Below are positions 38,113 through 48,500 of a stretch of DNA of 64,000 nt, piece after piece. Made by a program: the position numbers and the translations under genes. This stretch comes from Squalus acanthias (Eukaryota). The notes under the pieces were generated by a model. That model was not told where the DNA came from. It saw nothing but the letters and a program-made list of their open reading frames with translations, and did not search any database. Within the stretch, counting starts at the first letter, position 1. Every line of letters begins with the position of its first letter. The stretch covers positions 144,462,001 through 144,526,000 of the forward strand of contig CM059432.1 in the NCBI GenBank assembly GCA_030390025.1. The letters run 5' to 3'.

Positions 38113-39486
38113 TAATCCAATGTTGGCCAGCGTGGAATGCTGCCCACAGTGCTGCACTTTACCAGTGGCGGTGCAACCGGAACATTCTATCGTTAAAAAC
38201 CACGGCGAGCTCCGAGACTGAAGCAAAGACCAGAAGTACTTTTAAAAAGGAATCAGATAGTTGCTTGTACAAGGGGAATATCAAAGGGTACAGGGAGCGA
38301 GCCAGAGAAAAGACATTGGCACAGACTTGATGTACCGAATAGCCTGTTTCTGTGCTGTAGCACCAAACGATTCTGAGTTCTTTATAAATTTATTTATGCT
38401 GTGTATCTCCCCTGAAGTCTCATGTCTAACTGTGAAACTTTATAAAGGGATTGCTCAGACTTTGAAAGAGGGGAAGCAGCTAATTAGTGAAGCATCTTAA
38501 AAGGAATTTTAAGGTATGTAAATGCTGCACAGGTTTCATTTTTTTTAAACTCTGCTTAATTCCAGTGTGTAGATATTAATAAGAGCCACTCTCTTTCTAA
38601 TGCTGCCATATTTAATTTTGTTGGCACACACAGACAGTGATTTCTTCTTATGAAGCATTACACAGGCTCCACCCTGAACGTAACTTGTGCCCCAAGGTGC
38701 CAGAGGCAGTTTGTTTGATATTTCCAGCTTGGAAAAACAGATTTTGCAGCGAGCTTTTTTTTGTGCTTTTTGTGCTATTTTTGGCTCCGCACCAAAAAAA
38801 TATTAATTTTCTCATTATAAGTACAGCCAATTTAGTCACAACCCCCTAATCCTAACGCAGGCTCAACATTTAGCTAATCCCAGCACAGAATTCCAATCAC
38901 TTCACAATTGCTGCAATTACCATTTTTGATGCAGATGCAGCATTTCAAAGAACTTTGTTTTACCTTCTGAATGCTAGAAGTGTAACACTGGAGCTCCCTA
39001 ATGACTCAATGATTCAATTTGTTGTTGTTGTTTTGTATGATTCCATTCACCGATTGCTTATGCACTGGCCCATACAGACCAGGAAGGGGCCAGTCTGAGC
39101 TCTGCTATGTGTTGAGTTACCTTCTCCCAACCAGCTTGGCAGTGGGACAGTGCAACTGGCCTCAAATGGGAGTTGGGGAAAAATTGGCCTGATTACTATC
39201 CAGGGTGAATCAGCGAATGTTAAACAAGGGCAGGATCTGGATAGGCTGTGAAGGCCTGAGGTTTAATAACCCACAACAGTCGTACTTACTTGCTACGCTC
39301 AAACATGTAAAATTGCCATGTGGAGATGTGCCAGAGGATCAATAATGCCCGCAGAACATGATTTTCGTCCAGGGGTAAATTGGTAAAGAGAGAATGTCAG
39401 TGAGGGAGCTCTTTTCCACAATGACACCTTCTTGGCAACATCTATCTGCTAAAAATGTTACATCTACACGCACGTCAGATCAACTT

Positions 39487-39677
39487 TTTCCAATATAAAT
39501 TCCCATGTCACATTTACAATGGGAACTGCCCGTGTAAATTTGTCACGTTATAATTATACTCGCCTTCGGTGAAGATGCTGCAGCGCCACCACTGGCAGGA
39601 GGCTGCAATTACAGTGTGACACATTTACATAGGCAGTTCCATTATAAATGCGGACATGGGAATTTATAATGGAAAAA
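39487..39677. repeat. Old imperfect palindromic dispersed repeat, copy 1
   Basis: Self-complementary arms (ataaattcccatgtc / gacatgggaatttat; tgtcac / gtgaca) around gctgcagc; homologous to 44337-44512. Confidence 0.75.
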
Positions 39678-40409
39678 GAAAATTAAGGACAGAATCTGTG
39701 ACTTTAAAATAGCGACTAAATTGTGTCTGTGAGCCCTGCTGCAACTATGCTCCTTGCCTCTAATCTCGCTTCACTTTACAACTAAACGTAGCCGTAACTC
39801 CCCACATTCACTGCCACATGACATTGACCACTATTGATTAATTGTTGTCTCACATTTTATATCAGTAAATTATGTTGTATTATTTTCATTCAGATTCTAT
39901 TATGGAAAGAATGATTAAATAGCAGCAGGGTAGTCAGCAGGAGTGGTCACTCCCACACCATGCTCAGGGTTCTAAGGTACACAGACTAATGATTTTGTTG
40001 GCACTATTTTAATCGCAAACACAAGAAGAATTAAAATAACCTGAGAGGTGTGTAAAAAAATTCACTTCTGTGTTGTCACAATAAACAGCACTACCATACC
40101 CAGAGAAAAATAGGAAATCGCAGCATTGAAAAACTTTTCCACAATACAAATATATAACTCTCAACTTTAAAAAAAAACGTGCAAAAGATTTCTGCTGTTC
40201 ACTATTTACAGTGAAATTGTGAAGGTGTATGAGGTATGCTTTATGAATTCATTGTAGCAAACAGCAGAAATATTACACCAATACCTTTAAAACTTGCAAA
40301 CCATGATATCAATCGAGAACAGGACAGAGTCCCATTGGAAGTGACATTTATCCCATTAAGACGTCCCAAATTATAACGCACTTGATTCATACCCAGGTCA
40401 GGTTTGTGG

Positions 40410-40660
40410 TTTTTCTCTCATTTGTGCTCAGGGTGTGGGTGGCGCTGACAAGGCTGGGTGGAGGTGTCAGATTCCCTTCCCTGAAGGGCATTAGTGACCC
40501 AGTTGGGTTTTTACAACAATCCGGCAGCTTTCATGGTGATTTTTGTTTCTGGTGCCAGCCACAAGTTACCAGGTTTATAGAATTTATTCTCACCATTTGC
40601 CGTGGTGGAATTTGAACTTGTGAGCTCTGGGTTACTAGCCCAGTACCAGATTCACTAGGC
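40410..40660 (-). mobile_element. Degenerate tRNA-headed SINE whose tail resembles the 19378 LINE 3' end
   Basis: Minus-strand B-box-like agttcaaattccacc; tail gccttgtcagcgccacccacaccc versus LINE gccttgccagtgacgcccacatccc. Confidence 0.6.
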
Positions 40661-41701
40661 TGCTGTCCAGTTGAATCACTGGACAAATACTGTATCCTTT
40701 GCTTGTTAAACTAGTTATATATTTATCAGTACAAAGAACCCTGAGGTTAATTTTGTTTCTGATCATTTTTTCAATGATGTGTCAATCAGGGCCGACTGCA
40801 TTTTTTTTTTTAGCTGTGTTTAAATCCATTTTCTTTTCAGTATTACACAGTCCACTGAGTTAACAAAGAATCTTTGGTCCCACAGCAATCTCTGGTGAAA
40901 CCGCCATTCCAAAGAGACAGAACACATTAGGTTTGTCAATACTGGCAGGATTAAACCCAGACATGGTGCATATCTCAACAAACTCTGTGTCCGACACAGA
41001 TCCAGTTTCTACCTTTGACTGCGAGCACTGTGGATGCTGAGAGATTGGTCGAGACACTGGCTCATATCCTGGGGATCCTGTGGGGAGAGATCGGTCGAGA
41101 CACTGGCTAATGTTATGGGAATCCTGTGGCCAAATCTGGGAATGTATTTATACAGAATAGTCAAAAACAAAACTCTCAATTTGTTCTCAGTTCGGAAAGT
41201 TTATTTACCTGCTGCACAGATATATCTCCAAAAGTGGACAGCTTCATCCTTAAACCTTACAGACACTCTTAGCGGCTGTTATCAGTTAAAGAACGGATGG
41301 GTGAAGCTCCCTCCGGTGAAACTGGCCCACAAAGTGATCAGGAAAGCTACTTAATGCTCCCTCCTCCCATCAACAGGAAGGTGAAAATGTTTCTCATCTC
41401 AGAGTTCCTACTTTTTATAAAAGGGGAACACTACTGGGAGGGAATTATTTTCAATAGAAAGTACTCCCAAACCCTCAGCTACGTATTCTGGAGAGAAAGT
41501 CAGAAAACTACTAAGTGTGAGATACTGTGACATTTAATCTGCTTCTCTCACTTTATGCAAACCCTCTATTTTGAGTCTCCGCCAATAGCAGGCGTGCAGC
41601 CTGTAGACAAGAGTGACAAAGAATTAGTGAGTATCTCTACGAGAGATCTTGCAGATTGTCACTGTGGGTCGGGACTAGCAGGCATTCAAACTGGCAAAGT
41701 C

Positions 41702-42085
41702 CAGCACTGGCTCCATATTCTTAAAATTCCCATCCTTGTGTTCAAATCCCTCCATGGCCTCACCCCTCCCTATCTCTGTAACCTCCTCCAGCCCTACAAC
41801 CCCCCGAGATATCTGCGCTCCTCTAATTCTGGCCTCTTGAGCATCCCTGATTAAAATCACTCAACCATTGGCGGCCGTGCCTTCAGCTGCCTAGGCCCTA
41901 AGCTCTGGAATTCCCTCCCTAAACCTCTCCACCTCTCTCTCCTCTCCTTCAAGACGCTCCTTAAAACCTAGCTCTTTGAACAAGCTTTTGGTCACCTGTC
42001 CTAATATCTCCTTATATGGCTCGGTGTCAATTTTTTGTCTGACAACCCACCTATGAAGCGCCTTGGGATGCTTCACAATGTTAAA
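41702..42085 (+). mobile_element. L2 LINE 3' fragment
   Basis: HWL...KIPILVFKSLHGLTPPYLCNLLQPYNPPRYLRSS. Confidence 0.88.
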
Positions 42086-43251
42086 AAGAAAGAAAGAAAG
42101 ACTTGCATTTATATAGCGCCTTTCACGACCACCGGACGTCTCAAAGCGCTTTACAGTCAATGAAGTACTTTTGAAGTGGAGTCACTGTTGTAATGTGGGA
42201 AACACGGCAGCCAATTTGCGCACAGCAAGGTCCCACAAACAGCAATGTGATAATGACCAGATAATGGGGGAAAAATTGGGTCGCGCCCCCTTTGGGGCGC
42301 TAACTTCGCCGGGGCGCTACTTTTAGCACCCCGAAAAAATTAGCGCTCCCGCGGCCGAAATTCACCAGTAGCGCCCCAAGAGGGAGGCGAGGTGCTACTG
42401 AAAGCGCCCCACCTCCCTCTTGGGGCGCTGTGAGTGAATATCGCGGCACGTTGCGCCGCGGTACGTGCAAGCCTTCCTCCCCTTATTAAAGGGGAGGGGC
42501 CTAGCGCAGCGCGACCCGGGGCCCAGCTGGGCCACCAGGGATCGGAGTGCCGGCAAAAGAGCCCGGCACTCAAGAGAAGTGCCGGGCTCACGGAGCGCAG
42601 CTGGCACTCCGCGGAGGAGCTGCTCAGGAGGCCGGGGACAGCAACAGGGGCAGGTGCTGGCAGGGGCCAGCAACAAAAATGGCCGCCCGGCAGCTCCCCT
42701 TTAATTTGCGCCGCCCCGGCCGCAGGTAGGCCCTCTTCACCCTGTCAGTCATAGCGTCCGGTGGTAAGTGAGGGGGCACTACTGAAGATCACGGCCGGGG
42801 CGCGAACGGGGAACTGCGCACGGCGATGACGTCATCGCCGGCAGCGCAGCGCCGCGCTAACGGTTACCGCTGCTGCTAACCTCCCGCTGAATTTCGCGGG
42901 AGGCATTGGCGGCGCCGCACCTGGGCGCTAGTTGCTTCGCGCCCCGTAGCGCCCTCTAACGGGAGGCGCAAAGCAACCGAATTTTTAGGCCAATGTGTTT
43001 TTGTTATGTTGGTTGAGGGATATACATTAGCCAGGACACCGGGGATAACTCCCCTACTCTTCTTCAAAATAGTGCCATGGGATCTTTTACATCCACCTGA
43101 GAGAGCAGACGGGGCTTCAGTTTAACGTCGCATCCCTCAGCACTGCACTGGAGTGTCAGCCTAGCTTTATGTGCTCAAGCCCCTGGAGTGGGACTTGAAC
43201 CCACAACCTTCTGACTCACAGGCGAGTGTGCTACCCACTGAGCCACAGCTG
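42086..43251 (-). mobile_element. Full-length DeuSINE-like SINE split by a 726-bp insertion
   Basis: Head with A box TGGCTCAGTGGG and B box GGTTCAAGTCC at about 43190-43250, tail at 42086-42265; the halves join across the duplicated AAT. Confidence 0.88.
42266..42991. mobile_element. GC/CpG-rich non-autonomous DNA transposon (PIF/Harbinger-type MITE)
   Basis: Imperfect TIR GGGGGAAAAATTGGGT versus GGCCTAAAAATTCGGT; 3-bp duplication AAT (42263-42265, 42992-42994). Confidence 0.8.
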
Positions 43252-44336
43252 AAGGCGTTATATAAATACAAGTTGTTGTTGTCGATACTAGGTCAGCTCT
43301 GGATCTTTGTGGTTTGGGAGGTTCCTGATTAGTGGCCAGGGTTGGCCCAGCTGCCAATCTGTGGGATCTCCTGCGGCCCCCCATTCACGGACAGTTATCC
43401 TCGCTGAGGTGAGCAGAACATCTCCAGGTGCACAGGGACCCAAAATCATCACCCTCCGAGAGGGGCGGGGGTTGGAGTGGGCGGGGGGGGGGGTGAAGAC
43501 GACAACTAAAAGTGCAAATGTCACCTTCCAGGAGAGAGTTTAATTTTCAGAACAGCTAGTTAGCTGGAGTGGATTATTTCACCTTATAATAAAGCTCCCA
43601 TTTAATGTACAGAGGGAGCTGACTGAGGTTCAACTGTAACAAAGATTTAGCCGAGTCCCTGACTTGTACTTATGCTCATCCTTGTTTCAAACTTTCTGTA
43701 TGTCTAATCTGAAGTGGTTCTTTCTAGGTTACAGCTCATCCAAGTTTTGACAAGTTTTTTTTATCCAGATTAGATCTGTTATGCATATTTTCTTGTTGGT
43801 TACTGTGTACCAATCTTTCAGCTAGAAATATCCTCTGCCATGCAGATCTGATTGAAGATTAACTTTTTTTAAAGCTTGTAATTCTTTCTCAAGTTTTCTT
43901 GGCTTGGCTGAAACCTACTGAAGATTTAAAGACCTAATTCGAAGTACTGCAAGTGACGCCCTTGAAGCACTGGGAATAACTGGACTCTAGAGTCTGCTCA
44001 GGCCATTGGGGAACAAGGCAAGTTTCTGGGGCATCAAGGGGATGATCCCATCCCTGAGGAGCTTGGGGTGGAGTGGGCTTTTCATGCTTTTACAGAAATG
44101 TATAATCTTCAAACAAACTGCAAAGCACAAATACTCCACTACTGGTCCAAAGAGAATAGATTCACTGTTGCCATGACAAAATATAGTCACCGCAGAGAAT
44201 GGACTTTAAAACTGGTAATATCAGCAGCTTCCTTCCCACTTCTTAGAAGTGACACTAACTTTTCAAAAGCTCACCTTTCTAGGTCTCATCTAGAAACAGA
44301 TTAAAAATCTTCTGTCTCCGCACACCCCCTGTTAAC

Positions 44337-44512
44337 TTTTCCATTATAACTTCCTATGTCAACATTTATAATGGAAGCTGCCGGCATAAACTCGTCACAC
44401 TGTACTTACACCCTCCCACCAGGCTAGGTGCTGCAGCACCACCATCGTTGGGAGGGCGTAACTGCAGCGTGACGAGTTTGCATTGGCAGTTTCCATTACA
44501 AAAGTGGAAATA
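44337..44512. repeat. Old imperfect palindromic dispersed repeat, copy 2
   Basis: aaactcgtcac / gtgacgagttt arms, centre ggtgctgcagcacc. Confidence 0.75.
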
Positions 44513-45594
44513 CAAAAATAAGGTCAAAATGTATGACTTTAACATGGTGAATAAACTACGTCAGTGTGCTTTGGTCTAATTATCCCCCGCCCTCTAACTC
44601 CATTCACCTGAACACTACACATTGCTTTGACCCCCTCCCCTGTGTGCAATGTCATAGGACAGTGACTATTAATTTTATAATACGGCCGATATCACCGAGA
44701 GAGAAAATAAGTATCCAAACATGTGCACCTGTGCAATTCTTCAAAGTATATTTTATTCTCTTTTTGCAAATGTAAGTCCAAATGGTACTATAAATATTAG
44801 TGGCTCACAGAAACCAGCACTATCGTGTACAAATTGCAAATGTTCTTGCAAACAAATCAAAGTGTGGAATAGTTCTTTTGTCCCTGCTGTTTCTGCACAC
44901 ATTCCTGCCAACCAATGCAATATCCCAAAAATGTAACCTCAGCTCTAACCTCAAACAGGCACTCTCCCTCTCTCACCAGCCATCAATTTTCATTCCCCAA
45001 AGTCAGCCAGAACATGTCCACAGATAGGTTTGTCTCCTATTTACTCCTTCAGAATGTCTGGCTAAAACGTGCGCAGTGAACACTACAATCAGTTGCATTA
45101 TGCCAGCTTCACCTCATGCACATTAGTGCAATTCAGTTCAGTTCAGTCAGACTTTCTGATAGTTTTTTATCTACATCAAAATTTCTTCAAAAAATGCCAA
45201 CTGCACATATGAATATAGCAGAACTTTCCAAATCAGATCAGCAGCTCCAGTCAGTAGATGTAGAAAGGTGCAATATTAGTCAAATGGAATTTGACAATGG
45301 GGAGAAAGAGAAAAGTTCACTCAAATGTGGATTTAGTCAAAGAGTTCAACGGCCATGTCCAATCACACAATGGTGATCCTTCAGATGCCCATTAACCACT
45401 GGCGAGGCAGGGTTTTGGATATACACAATCCCATTTTGGTTACAGTTGTCAGGGTTGTACACGGGAAGGTCATGTCAATCATGGCGTGTTTTTGAGAATA
45501 ACCAAATAAAATTTATTTTTGTTGATGGAATAACACTATATTATCTCTATATTCCTGTCACCACACATCCTCCATAAGTGGACAGCATGGGATG

Positions 45595-48500
45595 GCTGGT
45601 GAGCAGAGTGAGGAAGGCGATGCTGGTGAATAGGGTGAGGAGAGCGAGGAGGGCGAGGAGAGTGCGGAGGGCGAGGAGAGAGAGGAGAGTGAGGAGAGAG
45701 AGGAGGGCGAGGAGGGCGAGGAGGGCGAGGAGAGAGAGGAGAGCGAGGAGAGAGAGGAGAGCGAGGAGAGAGAGGAGGGCGAGGAGGGCGAGGAGGGCGA
45801 GGAGAGCGAGGAGAGCGAGGAGAGCGAGGAGAGCGAGGAGGGCGAGGAGAGCGTGGAGGGCGAGGAGAGAGAGGAGGGCGAGGAGGGCGAGGAGAGCGAG
45901 GAGAGCGAGGAGAGAGAGGACAGCGAGGAGGGCGAGGAGAGCGAGGAGGGCGAGGAGAGCGAGGAGGGCGAGGAGAGAGAGGAGGGCGAGGAGAGAGAGG
46001 AGGGCGAGGAGAGTGAGGAGGGTGAGGAGGGCGCGGAGGGTGAGGAGAGAGAGGAGGGCGAGGAGGGCGAGGAAAGGAGAGTGAGGAGGGCGAGGAGAGC
46101 GAGGAGAGAGAGGAGGGCAAGGAGAGGGAGGATAGAGAGCAGGGCGAGGAGGGCGAGGAGAGAGAGGAGAGTGAGGAGGGCGAGGAGGGCGAGGAGGGCG
46201 AGGAGAGCGAGGAGAGCGAGGAGGGCGAGGAGGGCGAGGAGGGCGAGGAGAGCGAGGAGAGCGAGGAGGGCGAGGAGGGCGAGGAGGGCGAGGAGAGAGA
46301 GGAGGGCGAGGAGAGAGAGGAGAGCGAGGAGAGAGAGGAGAGCGAGGAGAGAGAGGAGGGCGAGGAGGGCGAGGAGGGCGAGGAGAGCGAGGAGAGCGAG
46401 GAGAGCGAGGAGAGCGAGGAGGGCGAGGAGAGCGTGGAGGGCGAGGAGAGAGAGGAGGGCGAGGAGGGCGAGGAGAGCGAGGAGAGCGAGGAGAGAGAGG
46501 ACAGCGAGGAGGGCGAGGAGAGCGAGGAGGGCGAGGAGAGAGAGGAGGGCGAGGAGGGCGAGGAGAGCGAGGAGGGCGAGGAGAGAGAGGAGGGCGAGGA
46601 GAGAGAGGAGGGCGAGGAGAGTGAGGAGGGTGAGGAGGGCGCGGAGGGTGAGGAGAGAGAGGAGGGCGAGGAAAGGAGAGTGAGGAGGGCGAGGAGAGCG
46701 AGGAGAGAGAGGAGGGCAAGGAGAGGGAGGATAGAGAGCAGGGCGAGGAGGGCGAGGAGAGAGAGGAGAGTGAGGAGGGCGAGGAGGGCGAGGAGGGCGA
46801 GGAGAGCGAGGAGAGCGAGGAGGGCGAGGAGGGCGAGGAGGGCGAGGAGAGCGAGGAGAGCGAGGAGAGCGAGGAGGGCGAGGAGGGCGAGGAGGGCGAG
46901 GAGAGAGAGGAGGGCGAGGAGAGAGAGGAGGGCGAGGAAAGAGAGGAGGGCGAGGAAAGAGAGGAGGGAGAGGAGGGCGAGGAGAGAGAGGAGGGCGAGG
47001 AGAGCGAGGAGGGCGAAAGGGCGAGGAGAGAGAGGAGGGCGAGGAGAGAGAGGAGGACGAGGAGGGCGAGGAGAGAGAGGAGGGCAAGGAGAGTGCGGAG
47101 GGCGAGGAGAGCGAGGAGGGCGAGGAGGGTGCAGAGGGCGAGGAGGGCGAGGAGGGCGAGGAGAGCGCGGAGGGCGAGGAGAGCGCGGAGGGCGAGGAGG
47201 GCGAGGAGAGCGAGGAGGGCGAGGAGGGCGAGGAGAGAGAGGAGGGCGAGGAGAGAGAGGAGGGCGAGGAGAGAGAGGAGGGCGAGGAGAGAGAGGTGGG
47301 CGAGGAGAGAGAGGAGGGCGAGGAGAGAGAGGAGGGCGAGGAGAGAGAGGAGGGCGAGGAGAGAGAGGAGGGCGAGGAGAGAGAGGAGGGCTAGGAGGGC
47401 GAGGAGAGAGAGAAGAGAGGAGGGCGAGGACAGAGAGGAGGGCGAGGAGAGAGAGGAGGGCGAGGAGAGAGAGGAGGGCGAGGAGAGAGAGGAGGGCGAG
47501 GAGAGAGAGGAGGGCGAGGAGAGAGAGGAGGGCGAGGAGAGAGTGAGGAGAGTGAGGAGAGAGAGGAGAGAGAGAGAGGAGAGAGAGGAGAGCGAGGAGG
47601 GCGAGGAGAGCGAGGAGGGCGAGGAGAGCGAGGAGGGCGAGGAGGGCGAGGAGGGCGAGGAGGGCGAGGAGAGAGAGGAGAGAGAGGAGAGAGAGGAGGG
47701 CGAGGAGAGCGAGGAGGGCGAGGAGAGCGAGGAGAGCGAGGAGGGCGAGGAGGGCGAGGAGAGAGAGGAGAGAGAGGAGGGCGAGGAGAGAGAGGAGGGC
47801 GAGGAGAGAGAGGAGGGCGAGGAGAGAGAGGAGGGCGAGGAGAGAGAGGAGGGCGAGGAGAGAGAGGAGGGCGAGGAGAGCGAGGAGGGCGAGGAGAGCG
47901 AGGAGGGCGAGGAGAGACAGGAGGGCGAGGAGAGAGAGGAGAGCGAGGAGGGCGAGGAGAGCGACGAGGGCGAGGAGAGCGAGGAGAGCGAGGAGGGCGA
48001 GGAGAGCGAGGAGGGCGAGGAGGGCGAGGAGAGCGAGGAGGGCGAGGAGGGCGAGGAGAGAGAGGAGGGCGAGGAGAGAGAGGAGGGCGAGGAGAGAGAG
48101 GAGGGCGAGGAGAGAGAGGAGGGCGAGGAGAGAGAGGAGGGCGAGGAGAGAGAGGAGGGCGAGGAGAGAGAGGAGGGCGAGGAGAGTGAGGGGAGAGAGA
48201 GGAGAGTGAGGAGGGCGAGAGGAGAGCGAAGAGGGCGAGGAGGACGAGGAGAGCGAGGAGGGCGAGGAGAGAGAGGAGAGCGAGGAGGGCGAGGAGAGAG
48301 AGGAGGGCGAGGAGAGAGAGGAGAGCGAGGAGAGCGAGGAGAGCGAGGAGAGCGAGCAGGGCGAGGAGGGCGAGGAGAGCGAGGAGGGCAGGGAGAGTGA
48401 GGAGGGCGAGGAGAGTGAGGAGGGCGAGGAGAGTGAGGAGAGTGAGGAGAGAGAGGAGGGCGAGGAGAGCGAGGAGGGCGAGGAGAGCGAGGAGGGCGAG

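Noticed and set aside
37935..38113. Pre-miRNA, terminator or classical MITE
   Set aside because: The 17-bp duplication, one-sided tail and hammerhead core fit a Penelope-derived retro-insertion better.
43185..43251. tRNA gene
   Set aside because: A and B boxes are present but belong to a SINE head continuing into the SINE body; same at 35992 and 54090.
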